Part shown: one piece after another, positions 9,603 to 19,441 of the stretch
How positions within the stretch are numbered: the stretch's first letter is position 1
Layout: each line of letters begins with the position of its first letter
Assembly (NCBI GenBank): GCA_965215195.1
Contig: CBDCDC010000002.1
Location: 384,001-448,000 of the forward strand
Length of the DNA stretch: 64,000 nucleotides
Reading direction: 5' to 3'
Origin: Candidatus Latescibacterota bacterium
Lineage (GTDB): Bacteria; Latescibacterota; UBA2968; UBA8231
Made by a program: the position numbers and the translations under genes
The notes under the pieces: model-generated
Database searches by the model: none
Told to the model about the DNA's origin: nothing
What the model saw: the letters and a program-made list of their open reading frames with translations, nothing else

Positions 9603-11546
9603 ATGCCCGGTAATTTTACCTATCGCTCGTTCGCCGTGGGTGCGTTGCTCTCGCTGGCGATCAATGTGTTTTTCGCGTATGCGCGGCTGGCGATGGCCAC
9701 TGCGGGCATGTCCTCGGATTACATCACGGCCGGGGCGGTGTTCCTGTTCTTCCTGTTGGTAGCTTTTGTCAATCCCGCGCTCAAGCTGATGCGCCGTGCT
9801 TGGGGCTTTAACCGCTCCGAGCTGATCGTCATCTACGCGATGATGATCATTGGTTCGGCCATTCCCACGTGGGGCTTTACGGGCAATTTGATCGCCATGT
9901 TGCCCAATATCTACTACTATGCTACTCCCGAGAACAACTGGTCGGAACTGCTGCACCCTTATGTCCGCGAGTGGATGGTGCCGCAGGATCCAGACGCGAT
10001 CAAGTACTTCTTCGAGGGCCTGCCCAAGGGGCAGCCCATCCCCTGGGAACACTGGATCGTGCCGCTGGCGGCTTGGATCTCGTTCATTCTGTCGATCTAC
10101 CTGATGATGATCGCCATTGCGTCGATCGTCCGCCGCCAGTGGGTTGACTACGACCGCTTGACCTTTCCGCTGTTGCAGCTACCCATTGACCTGACCGAAG
10201 AAAGCAAGGGCGGCTCCATCGTCGGGCCGCTACTCAAAAGGCCGCTTTTGTGGATCGGGTTTGCGCTGCCCTTTGTGCTGCATAGCACCAACGCCTTAAA
10301 CCACTATTTCCCCTTTATCCCGGCCGTGCAGTTGCGCCACAGCATCTCCCTGTTTAACAATGCGCTGGGGCTGACGACCAATGTGAACTTCGCGGCACTG
10401 GGGTTGGCGTACTTTTTGAGCTTAGACGTGGGGCTGAGCATTTGGCTCTTCCACTTGCTGACCAAAGTGCAGATCACCACTGAGAACGTCCTCGGCTATT
10501 CCCTGCCCGGCCGCCGCGACCTGTTTATGGAAGGTTCGATGTCAGTGTCTTACGAGGGCATGGGGGCCATGCTGGTGCTGGTGCTCTACGGGCTGTGGAA
10601 CAGCCGCGGCTATCTGCGGCGGGTCTGGCGCAAGGCCCTGTACAACGAGGGGGGGTTGGACGATTCGCAGGAGATCCTCTCGTATCGGGCGGCACTCGTG
10701 GTCTTGGTCCTGGCCAGCGCGTATGCCACCGGCTGGCTGACCCTATCGGGTGTGCCGTGGTGGGTTTCGCTGTTTTTTCTCTTTATCGCCTTTTGCATCT
10801 TCTATGGGCTGACGCGGATCGTGGCCGAGGGCGGGTTGGGCTTTGCGCGGGCGCAGATGACGGCGCAGCCGTTTGTGATCGACGCGGTGGGCACGGAGGC
10901 GATTGGTCCGTCGGGGCTGGTGAGCTTGGGGATGACCTTTAGCTGGGCGGGCGATCTGCGCACCATGGTGATGGCCTCGGCCATCAACGGTCTCAAGTTG
11001 GCCGATATTGGCCAAGTGCGGGGACGGCCCCTGTTCTGGGCGCTGATGCTCTCAATAGGGGTCGGCTTGGCGGGGTCGATCTGGATGGTGGTGTGGATGG
11101 GCTACCAGTACGGGGGCATCAATTTGGACTGGTGGTTCTACAACCGCTTCGGCGAAATAATCCACGGCGACTCGGCCTACAAGATCGCCAACCCGAGGCA
11201 CCCCTTGGGCGACTTCGACGAGATTGGGCCGCGCTTCCTGTTCGCGGGGATCGGCGCGGGGATCATGGGGTTGTTGATGTACGCCCGGCACCACTTCCTC
11301 TGGTGGCCGGTGCATTACCTCGGCTTCCCCATCGGCGCGACCCTGACGATCATCTGGACGTGGTTTGGCATTTTCATCGGCTGGCTCTTAAAGGCGCTGG
11401 TGCTCAAATACGGCGGTGTGGTGCTCTACCGGCAGCTACGGCCGCTGTTTTTGGGGTTGATTTTGGGGCACATTTTTGTGTCGGGATTCTGGGTGTTCTT
11501 CGACTATATCACCGGGGAGACCGGCAATCGGATTCCCATTTACTGA
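9603..11546 (+). CDS. Polytopic membrane protein, DUF6785/DUF6784-type (putative transporter)
   Basis: Many TM helices; motifs YYYATPENNW, RRQW...RLTFPL, R.VAEGG, WWPVH.LGF, LKYGG..LYR..RP.FLGLILG. Confidence 0.75.
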   Translation: MPGNFTYRSFAVGALLSLAINVFFAYARLAMATAGMSSDYITAGAVFLFFLLVAFVNPALKLMRRAWGFNRSELIVIYAMMIIGSAIPTWGFTGNLIAMLPNIYYYATPENNWSELLHPYVREWMVPQDPDAIKYFFEGLPKGQPIPWEHWIVPLAAWISFILSIYLMMIAIASIVRRQWVDYDRLTFPLLQLPIDLTEESKGGSIVGPLLKRPLLWIGFALPFVLHSTNALNHYFPFIPAVQLRHSISLFNNALGLTTNVNFAALGLAYFLSLDVGLSIWLFHLLTKVQITTENVLGYSLPGRRDLFMEGSMSVSYEGMGAMLVLVLYGLWNSRGYLRRVWRKALYNEGGLDDSQEILSYRAALVVLVLASAYATGWLTLSGVPWWVSLFFLFIAFCIFYGLTRIVAEGGLGFARAQMTAQPFVIDAVGTEAIGPSGLVSLGMTFSWAGDLRTMVMASAINGLKLADIGQVRGRPLFWALMLSIGVGLAGSIWMVVWMGYQYGGINLDWWFYNRFGEIIHGDSAYKIANPRHPLGDFDEIGPRFLFAGIGAGIMGLLMYARHHFLWWPVHYLGFPIGATLTIIWTWFGIFIGWLLKALVLKYGGVVLYRQLRPLFLGLILGHIFVSGFWVFFDYITGETGNRIPIY

Positions 11547-11556
11547 GGGAGGCAGC

Positions 11557-12585
11557 ATGCGAGCAGGCGACAGAGAAAAAATTGGCCCGCACGGCTTGGA
11601 GGTGACGCGCTTGGGGCTGGGCGGCACGACCTTTGGCAATATGTATTCGGTGCTGAGCGAACAGGAGGGGCTGGACGTGCTAGACGCGGCTTTTGCGGCC
11701 GGGGTGCGCTACTTCGACACCGCGCCCCTGTATGGCTACGGCCTGAGCGAGACGCGCTTGGGACCGGGTCTGGCGCGTTACCACCGCGACGAGATTGTCC
11801 TTTCCTCCAAAGTGGGCTATACGCTGGTGGAGCGGCAGCCCGGCGACGCCTACGTCGATCTGTTCGTGGATGCGCCCGAGATGACCAGCTATTTCGACTT
11901 CTCGCGCGACGCAGTGCTGCGCTCGATTGAGGGGAGTTTGGAGCGGCTCAAAATGGATCGCCTCGACATGGTGCTGATCCACGACCCGGACGAGGCGAGA
12001 AGCATCGAACCCGATTGGACGCCGGGCGAGCCGGGGTACTTCGATCAAGTGATGGCCGAAACCTATCCCGCGCTCGACGAGCTGCGCCAGCAAAAGGTGA
12101 TCAAGGCCCTCGGCTTGGGTATGAACCAGTGGCAGATGCTGGCCGACTTCGCCCGCGCCGGCGACTTTGACGCCTTTTTGCTGGCCGGCCGCTATACGCT
12201 GCTGGAGCAGGAATCGCTGCGCGAGTTGTTGCCGCTGTGCCTAAAGAAAGGGGTGCGGATCGTCATTGGCGGGCCGTACAACTCGGGGATTTTGGCTAGC
12301 GGAGCGGTCGAAGGTGCGTATTACAACTACGCGCCGGCCGCGGAAGATGTGCTGGCAAAGGTGCGCCGCATTGAGGCGGTCTGCGCTCGGCACGAGGTGC
12401 CCTTGCCGGCCGCAGCCCTGCAATTCCCCTTTGGGCATCCGGCCGTGGCGACCGTCATTCCCGGGGCGCGGACCGTTGCGGAAGTCGCGGCCAATGTGGC
12501 CTGCCTGGAGTACGCGATCGCGGCCGACTGCTGGGCCGAGCTTAAACGGGAAGGGCTGATCGCGGCCGCGGCGCCGACGCCTTAG
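11557..12585 (+). CDS. Aldo/keto reductase (D-threo-aldose 1-dehydrogenase-like)
   Basis: FDTAPLYGYGLSE.RLG, SSKVG, FDFSRD, IHDPD, LLAGRYTLLEQ, GGPYNSGILA. Confidence 0.9.
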   Translation: MRAGDREKIGPHGLEVTRLGLGGTTFGNMYSVLSEQEGLDVLDAAFAAGVRYFDTAPLYGYGLSETRLGPGLARYHRDEIVLSSKVGYTLVERQPGDAYVDLFVDAPEMTSYFDFSRDAVLRSIEGSLERLKMDRLDMVLIHDPDEARSIEPDWTPGEPGYFDQVMAETYPALDELRQQKVIKALGLGMNQWQMLADFARAGDFDAFLLAGRYTLLEQESLRELLPLCLKKGVRIVIGGPYNSGILASGAVEGAYYNYAPAAEDVLAKVRRIEAVCARHEVPLPAAALQFPFGHPAVATVIPGARTVAEVAANVACLEYAIAADCWAELKREGLIAAAAPTP

Positions 12586-12629
12586 GCCCCCATGCGAACT
12601 ATCCCCATTCACACCAAGGAGTAATCGCG

Positions 12630-15134
12630 ATGTCCAATTGGCCGATGCTCAAGCACTACGATCGGGATCATCTCGCCAGCATGGCCATGCCCATTGGCGG
12701 CATTGGCACGGGCACAGTTTCACTGGGCGGACGCGGGGATTTGCGCGACTGGGAACTGATGAACCGCCCGGCCAAGGGATTTGTCCCGAGGCGCGGGGGA
12801 AGCCAAGGAGATGGGCCGTTTTTTGCCCTGTACGCCAAACCCGCTGGCGGCCCATCCGTCACCCGCGCGCTCGAAGGGCCGGTGGATGTATCCGCATACC
12901 AAGGTGCGCGCGGCAGTGTGGCGGTCAATCACGGGTTGCCGCGCTTTGCACAATGTGCGTTTGCAGCGGCCTATCCACTTGCACAGGTCCATCTGTCCGA
13001 TCCGTGCGTTCCGGTGGCGGTTTGTCTCGAAGCGTTTAACCCGCTCATTCCCGCCAACGCCGATGACAGCGGCATCCCCATGGCGGTGCTGCGCTATACG
13101 CTCACCAATCGGACCAACAAGCGCGTCGCGGCCTCGGTATGCGGCTCGCTGCCCAATTTCATTGGCAACGATGGCGTGGAAGAGTTGGCCCGGGCCAATC
13201 GCAATCGCTTTCGCAAAGCACCCCACTGTCAGGGCATTTTCATGGACAGCGAAGGGGTTGATCCCACCGCCATCAGTTATGGCACTATGGCCCTGACCAC
13301 CACGGCCAAAACGGGTATTACCTATCGCACGGCTTGGAAAAAAGCCGGGTGGGGCACGTCTCTGCTCGACTTTTGGGACGACTTTGCAGCCGATGGCCGG
13401 GTGGAAGAGCGCCCCGGCGAAGGGGCCGACATGCCGAGTACCTCGCTGGCGGTGCGCACCAACATTTTGCCCAAGGCGCACAAGACCATCACCTTCTTGC
13501 TTACGTGGCACTTTCCCAATCGGCACACGTGGTCGCCGGACGACGACCCCTACATTGGCAACTACTATGCGGCGCACTATGGCGATGCGTGGGATGTGGC
13601 CTGCAAAACCGCGCCGCGGCTCAAAAAGCTCGAACGACAGACCGTGCGCTTTGTCCAAGCCTTTGCGGCAAGCGACCTGCCCGCAGTAGTCAAGGAAGCC
13701 GCCCTTTTCAATCTCAGCACCCTGCGTACGCAAACGTGCTTCCGCACCCCCGATGGACGTTTGTTTGGCTGGGAGGGATACGACGATCACAGCGGCTGCT
13801 GCATGGGCTCCTGTACGCATGTGTGGAATTACGAACAAAGTACGGCGTTCCTCTTTGGCGATCTGGCCCGCACGATGCGCGATACCGAATTCAATCACGC
13901 CACCGACGACCAAGGCATGATGAACTTTCGCGTCCATTTGCCCCTCAGGCGCGCCCAAGAATTTGGCAAAGCCGCGGCCGACGGTCAGATGGGCTGTATT
14001 ATGAAAGCCTATCGCGACTGGCAGCTTTGCGGCGACGATGCCTTCCTACAATCAATTTGGCCAAAGGTCCAAAAGGCCCTTGAATTTTGCTGGATCGAAG
14101 GGGGGTGGGACGGCGATGGCGACGGTGTTATGGAGGGCTGTCAGCACAATACCATGGATGTCGAATACTACGGCCCTAATCCACAAATGGGGATATGGTA
14201 TCTGGGTGCTCTGCGCGCCGGCGAGGAAATGGCGGCCCATCTGGGCGAATCCGACTTTGCCCAAACCTGCCGTCGGCTCTACCAGAGTGGTCGCGCCTAC
14301 ATCGACGAGCAATTGTTCAATGGCGAATACTACGAGCATCGCATTGAGCCAGCCAAAAAAGTGGCCGCAGCGCTGCGGCTGGGTATGGGCGCGGCCGAAC
14401 TCTCCGATCCAGATTACCAACTCGGCAGGGGTTGTCTGGTAGATCAGCTCGTTGGCCAGCTTTGCGCCCACGTCTGCGGCTTGGGCTATCTGACCAAACG
14501 CGCCCACGTGCGCCAAACCCTCAAGAGCATCCGCAAGTACAACTACCGCAAGAAGCTGACCGATCACTTCAACTGCATGCGCTCTTATGCCTTGGGCGAT
14601 GAATCGGCCTTGCTCATGGCGAGCTATCCCCACGAGCGGCCCGACAACCCATTCCCTTATTTCACGGAAGTGATGACCGGGTTTGAATACACTGCGGCCA
14701 TTGGCATGCTCTACGAGGGGCAACTCAAAAGCGGTCTGCAAACCATACGCGACATTCGCAATCGCTACGATGGGGCCAAACGCAGTCCCTTTGACGAAGC
14801 CGAATGCGGCCATCACTACGCCCGCGCCATGGTTGCTTGGGCCGGGGTGCTCGCGCTGACGGGATTTAATTATTCGGGGGTTACAAAGTCCATCGCCTTT
14901 GCCGCAAAGCCCGGGACCTTTTTCTGGTCAAACGGTGCTGCTTGGGGCACGGTGTGCATTGCCCAACGCCCGGCGGGCTATGGCATTGCCTTGGATGTTT
15001 TGTATGGGCAGCTCCAAATTAAGCACTTTAAGCTGACCGGCGTGGGCGAGCACACCTTTGAGCGGCAGCTCGTGCTGCGCGAGAATAGCCAACGGACTTT
15101 TGTCGTGGGATCGGGCAAGAAGCATAAAACATGA
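12630..15134 (+). CDS. Glycoside hydrolase family 116 (non-lysosomal glucosylceramidase-like)
   Basis: MPIGGIGTGTV...GRGDLRDWE, GWEG....GCC.GSCTHVWNY, AADGQMG, QHNTMDVE, E.MTGFEY, EAECGHHYARAM. Confidence 0.9.
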   Translation: MSNWPMLKHYDRDHLASMAMPIGGIGTGTVSLGGRGDLRDWELMNRPAKGFVPRRGGSQGDGPFFALYAKPAGGPSVTRALEGPVDVSAYQGARGSVAVNHGLPRFAQCAFAAAYPLAQVHLSDPCVPVAVCLEAFNPLIPANADDSGIPMAVLRYTLTNRTNKRVAASVCGSLPNFIGNDGVEELARANRNRFRKAPHCQGIFMDSEGVDPTAISYGTMALTTTAKTGITYRTAWKKAGWGTSLLDFWDDFAADGRVEERPGEGADMPSTSLAVRTNILPKAHKTITFLLTWHFPNRHTWSPDDDPYIGNYYAAHYGDAWDVACKTAPRLKKLERQTVRFVQAFAASDLPAVVKEAALFNLSTLRTQTCFRTPDGRLFGWEGYDDHSGCCMGSCTHVWNYEQSTAFLFGDLARTMRDTEFNHATDDQGMMNFRVHLPLRRAQEFGKAAADGQMGCIMKAYRDWQLCGDDAFLQSIWPKVQKALEFCWIEGGWDGDGDGVMEGCQHNTMDVEYYGPNPQMGIWYLGALRAGEEMAAHLGESDFAQTCRRLYQSGRAYIDEQLFNGEYYEHRIEPAKKVAAALRLGMGAAELSDPDYQLGRGCLVDQLVGQLCAHVCGLGYLTKRAHVRQTLKSIRKYNYRKKLTDHFNCMRSYALGDESALLMASYPHERPDNPFPYFTEVMTGFEYTAAIGMLYEGQLKSGLQTIRDIRNRYDGAKRSPFDEAECGHHYARAMVAWAGVLALTGFNYSGVTKSIAFAAKPGTFFWSNGAAWGTVCIAQRPAGYGIALDVLYGQLQIKHFKLTGVGEHTFERQLVLRENSQRTFVVGSGKKHKT

Positions 15135-15281
15135 CGCGCTATACCCGCATCGGCCGCGTCCTGCTGGCTGGCTTGGGAGCTGAGTACGCGCGCCGCCCGT
15201 ATAGTCCGTGGAAGCTGTAATTCACTTGGCTGCCGATCCTAGCCCGAGCGTGCGGGAGCACGAGTGGAAGGGTAAGCCGCC

Positions 15282-15310
15282 TTGAGCAGATAGACTTTCA
15301 GGCGTAATTT
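15282..15310 (+). promoter_or_regulatory. Putative sigma70-type promoter for 15392..16372
   Basis: TTGAGC-N17-TAATTT; a GTCCTC...GAGGAC hairpin lies between it and the RBS. Confidence 0.35.
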
Positions 15311-15391
15311 TAGCAACACTCAGAGCGTATTTCATCTCAACCCAGTCCTCCGCGTTTTTCGAGCGCGAGGACTTAATCAGAAAGGATAGGA

Positions 15392-16372
15392 ATGATTCCT
15401 TCCCCCCGCACCGCAGGTTCGCGCTTGGCGTTTCTGCTCCAGAGCGCAACCCCCTTGCTCATCGCTGCTCTCACCGTGCTGCTGCCGCAGATGGCCGCGG
15501 CCGGGGCTTGGACGCTCGGAAAGGGCCAGGTATGGAGCAAAATTACCTACATGTCGTTATCGACCAACGAGCATTACGATAACGACGGAAATGTCGGTGA
15601 GATTCCCGCCCGCTATAAATCCCAGCAGGTCTATTTCGACGTTTACTACGGTTTGCATGACCGGATCGACATCGGCATAAAGATCCCGTATATCAGCAAT
15701 GAATTTGTCGATGTTAGTCCCGATCATCCTTTCTCTGGGTCACCAGATAAAAAGGACTCGGGCGTGGGCGATGTGCGCGGAGTGGCCAAAATTAACCTCG
15801 TGAACAGCGCAGATCTGGTGGGCACGCTAAAGTTGGAATTCAAAGCCCCTATGGGCGAATATCGGGAAGTGCCCGAGGCCCTTTCCATAACTGGTGGCCA
15901 ATGGGATTTTGACGTTGTGGCGCAACTGGGCCGCTCCTTTTGGCCCGTCCCGGTGTACGCCAATGTCGATCTGGGGTATCGCCTGCGCGGCGAATATACA
16001 GATTCCAACCCCGACGACGCTGGCGGAGTTGATCGCACGTACACCCCGGGCGCGGAGTTTGTTTTTAACGCCGAGGCTGGCTATAGCCCGATGGACAAAC
16101 TCCTCGTCGCCCTCAAGTACGAAAGCATCCTAGGCGCCGAGTACGACACCATAAACAACCCCCCAGCAGGCAGCACAGAAGAAACGCTCAACCAAAGCGT
16201 CTCCTACCTAGCGCCGACGGTCTTGGTTGGTCTCCATCCCAGCGTGAGTCTTGAAGCTCAGGCGCGCCTGACGATCAGCGGCAGCCGGTATTTCGCTGGT
16301 TCGACTTATGGGCTAGGGCTTTCTTTTACGGGCAGTCTGATCGATAAGGTGATTCATCAGGGGACGCCGTAG
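15392..16372 (+). CDS. Secreted, probable outer-membrane beta-barrel protein of unknown function
   Basis: Signal peptide ending AAAG-AWT, amphipathic beta-strand pattern, SGVGD..G motif, late YGLGLSF strand. Confidence 0.6.
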   Translation: MIPSPRTAGSRLAFLLQSATPLLIAALTVLLPQMAAAGAWTLGKGQVWSKITYMSLSTNEHYDNDGNVGEIPARYKSQQVYFDVYYGLHDRIDIGIKIPYISNEFVDVSPDHPFSGSPDKKDSGVGDVRGVAKINLVNSADLVGTLKLEFKAPMGEYREVPEALSITGGQWDFDVVAQLGRSFWPVPVYANVDLGYRLRGEYTDSNPDDAGGVDRTYTPGAEFVFNAEAGYSPMDKLLVALKYESILGAEYDTINNPPAGSTEETLNQSVSYLAPTVLVGLHPSVSLEAQARLTISGSRYFAGSTYGLGLSFTGSLIDKVIHQGTP

Positions 16373-16398
16373 TCTGCTTCTGCGGAGTAGAACGAGTA

Positions 16399-16437
16399 GG
16401 GGAAGGGCCTTTTGGCTTCTTCCCCGTTTTATTTTTT
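16399..16437 (+). terminator. Rho-independent terminator
   Basis: GGGGAAGGGCC-TTTT-GGCTTCTTCCCC stem followed by GTTTTATTTTTT. Confidence 0.7.
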
Positions 16438-16473
16438 GCGGTAGGGAGAGCTATCCATACGAGGAGAAACAAC

Positions 16474-17265
16474 ATGAACACGCCAAACATTACCTTGGCC
16501 TCGGGCCACGCCATCCCGCAATTGGGCTTGGGCACTTGGACGTTGCGCGGCCAGCAGTGCCAAGCCGTGGTCAAAGAGGCCCTTGAACTGGGCTATACGC
16601 ATTTGGATTCGGCTTGGATGTACCAGAATCAGGACGCTATGGGCCAAGTCCTCAAGGAGGTCGGGGCCGACCGCGACCGCCTTTTCATCACTTCCAAGAT
16701 CTGGCATTCGCACCTCGAGTACGAGGCGACCTTGGAGCAGATGGAGCAGATTCTGCGCGATCTACAGACCGCATACGTCGATCTCCTGCTCATCCACCAC
16801 CCCGGGCAGGGCGTGCCGGTGGAGCGCACCTTGGCCGCGTTTGAAAAAATCTGCGCGGCCGGTCAGGCCAAGAGCATTGGCATTAGCAATTTCAGCATTG
16901 AGCAAACCGAGCGGGCACGGGCCGCCACCGGCTTGCCTATTTGCACCAATCAGGTCGAATACCATCTGCGCCACAACCGCGAGAAGCTGCGGCGTCATTG
17001 CCACGCCCACAACGTGGTGCTGACCGCGCACCGCCCGCTGGCCCAAGGCGAGCTGGCCCGAGACGAGGTCCTAAAACAGGTGGCTGCCGAGCACGGCAAG
17101 ACCCAAGCGCAAGTGGCCTTGAAGTGGCTTTTGCAAAAGGATATGATCGTCATCCCCAAGGCCAGCTCAACGGCCCATTTGCGCGACAATCTAAATTTGT
17201 TCGACTGGCAGCTAGGGGACGAGGAGATGGGGCGTCTCAACCGGGTGGGTGCCGATCCCGAATGA
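16474..17265 (+). CDS. Aldo/keto reductase (2,5-diketo-gluconate reductase-like)
   Basis: IPQLGLGTW, GYTHLDSA..Y.N, FITSKIW, SIGISNF, NQVEYH, VIPKAS. Confidence 0.92.
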   Translation: MNTPNITLASGHAIPQLGLGTWTLRGQQCQAVVKEALELGYTHLDSAWMYQNQDAMGQVLKEVGADRDRLFITSKIWHSHLEYEATLEQMEQILRDLQTAYVDLLLIHHPGQGVPVERTLAAFEKICAAGQAKSIGISNFSIEQTERARAATGLPICTNQVEYHLRHNREKLRRHCHAHNVVLTAHRPLAQGELARDEVLKQVAAEHGKTQAQVALKWLLQKDMIVIPKASSTAHLRDNLNLFDWQLGDEEMGRLNRVGADPE

Positions 17266-17273
17266 TCCACGCC

Positions 17274-19196
17274 TCAATAGTAGTAGAACGCATAGACCAG
17301 CGCGGCCCCGCCCACGCCGACGCAGGTGCCCAAGATCAGACCAATGAAAAAGGGCAGCAGGGCGCGGTAGAGCCGGATGCCGCCGTAGCGCAGGGCTAGG
17401 AGCTTGACCAGCCAGGCCAAGAAAATCCCGAACCAGTCGATGGAGACGGTGTTGGTCAGGGCGATGCCCAGTCCCACCGGGTGCAAGGGCCAGCCGGCGA
17501 AGCGGTACTGGGCCAGCGAGAGCAGCCCGGCGAGGCCCGCGCCAATGGCGAGGAACACGGCCACCAGCGGCTCGGCGGGATTGGGGTTGTTGATCGAATT
17601 GGCGACCCAAGACCAATGGTATTGCGGGGACATGACGAAGTACCAGCGGTAGCCGTGGATCAGTCCGTGGCGATAGCCCAGCCATATATAGCAGACCATG
17701 GTGGTGATGAGGCCGACGAGCATGGCGGCGGACAAAAAGAACACCAGCTTGCGCCCGCTGATGTTGAGCCGGGCCGGCTCGCAGACCTTGAAGGCGTGGG
17801 CGAGAGTGCCCATCAGAAAGAGCTGCAAGTCGGCCGTCCAGACCATGCTCAGCCCCATCGCGCTCAGCCCTTGGGCGCCAAAAGGGGCCGTGCCCACGAG
17901 ATTGGTCAAGATCGGCGGCACCGAGACCGGGCCGCGCAGGCGGCCGATCCCGGTCTGGGCCAACAGGCGGGCAATGCCAAAGAAAATCACCAGCGCGACC
18001 AGCAAAAAGACGATGCTCCAGGCCAAACTCAGGCCGCTGGCCCAGAGGAAGCCGCTCATGTACGTCAGCCCGACGAGCCCGAGCAGGGCGGCGGTGCGCG
18101 GCGCGATCGGGCTGTTGCGGTCTGGACCACCGCTGCTGATCAGCCGCCACTGGCGCCGCAGGAAGTGGCGCGACATCCACAGCGAAATCCCGACGATGCA
18201 CGCCAGCGAGCCGATCTGCTGATGGGCCAGCAGTACGTTGGGTGGTGCGTGGGGCTGGGCCGGCAGCGACAGGGAAATGCCCAGCCAGTTGAGCAGGGCC
18301 CCTTCGGCGGCGATGAGTAGGTGAAAAAACCAGACGCTGAACAGCACGTTGAGGCCCACCAGATAGCTCAAGCCCACGACCAGCAGGTCGGTGTTAAGCC
18401 CGTAACTAAGCCCGAATTGACGGATCTCGATGCGGCCGCCGGGGATGCCAAAACCGTGGATGATCTCGATGTCTAATACTTGGTCGAGCATATTGACGGT
18501 CGGCAGCACCCAAGCGATGAGAAACCCCACCCACAACAGCTTGCTCTTGAGAATGGACGCGGTGGGGTTTTCTAGGCTTTCGAGGAGCATGTTGGGGACG
18601 GCGGCGAGGGGGTACACCAAGCGCTCTTGGCGCGACCACTGGTGGTGGACGAGGCTGATCAGGGCGATGCTGACCAAGAAGAAGGCCAGCATGAAGAGGC
18701 CCCACCACAGCAGCGGCCCAGCCCACAAGGCCCAAGGCACGGGCGCGGCGGCCCCGGCTCCTTCAAAGAGCTGGCGGATCGCTTCGAGGTCGCGGGGGAC
18801 GGCCCAGTGGGGGATGTGCGGCCAGAGCAGGTCGGACCAGTTGTTTTCTGCGGTGGCGTAGTAAAAGACGCCGGCGATTAAAGGGATGAAGTAGCCGCCA
18901 AAGCCCATGGAGGGCAGCACTACGGCCACCATGAGCGCGGCATAGACCAAGGCGAAATTGGCTGGCGAGAGGCGCAAGAGCGGGTGGAGCAGGCGCAGCG
19001 CAAGGGCGACGACCACCAGCCAGAAGATCAGGAAGATGACGCCGACGGTGTTGAAGTGATCGGTCAGCCCGGTGTAGCTGCCATAGAGAACGTAGGTCCG
19101 CACACTGGTAAAGGTCATGCAGACGGTAAAGACTAAGACGAGGCCGAAGGAGAAACAGGTGCCGAGGAAGGAGGTAGTTGTAGGGATGCGGGGCAT
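17274..19196 (-). CDS. Polytopic membrane protein, DUF6785/DUF6784-type; paralog of 9603..11546
   Basis: Same motifs: FYYATAENNW, HHQW..QERL.YPL, WPLHPVG, LRYGG..LYR...PFFIGLILG. Confidence 0.75.
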   Translation of the reverse strand: MPRIPTTTSFLGTCFSFGLVLVFTVCMTFTSVRTYVLYGSYTGLTDHFNTVGVIFLIFWLVVVALALRLLHPLLRLSPANFALVYAALMVAVVLPSMGFGGYFIPLIAGVFYYATAENNWSDLLWPHIPHWAVPRDLEAIRQLFEGAGAAAPVPWALWAGPLLWWGLFMLAFFLVSIALISLVHHQWSRQERLVYPLAAVPNMLLESLENPTASILKSKLLWVGFLIAWVLPTVNMLDQVLDIEIIHGFGIPGGRIEIRQFGLSYGLNTDLLVVGLSYLVGLNVLFSVWFFHLLIAAEGALLNWLGISLSLPAQPHAPPNVLLAHQQIGSLACIVGISLWMSRHFLRRQWRLISSGGPDRNSPIAPRTAALLGLVGLTYMSGFLWASGLSLAWSIVFLLVALVIFFGIARLLAQTGIGRLRGPVSVPPILTNLVGTAPFGAQGLSAMGLSMVWTADLQLFLMGTLAHAFKVCEPARLNISGRKLVFFLSAAMLVGLITTMVCYIWLGYRHGLIHGYRWYFVMSPQYHWSWVANSINNPNPAEPLVAVFLAIGAGLAGLLSLAQYRFAGWPLHPVGLGIALTNTVSIDWFGIFLAWLVKLLALRYGGIRLYRALLPFFIGLILGTCVGVGGAALVYAFYYY

Positions 19197-19441
19197 AGTG
19201 GGAATTGGGAATTGAGGGGTGAAGGGGTGAGTTGGGGGCTTTATAATAGAATAGATGGGGGGAGTGCAGGCAATGATGCGCGGCGGCAGCATCTCGTCTC
19301 ATGCTTGACAAACCCTAACGCGGGAAAAAAACGCTCGGCGCGGCGGAGAATCCTGTATGCAGTGGCAGCGGTAGGGGTTCTGCCGTTTGCGATTCCGGCA
19401 ACGAGAGGTAAAAGCTGTAAAAGGAAAATACTTTGCCAAGT

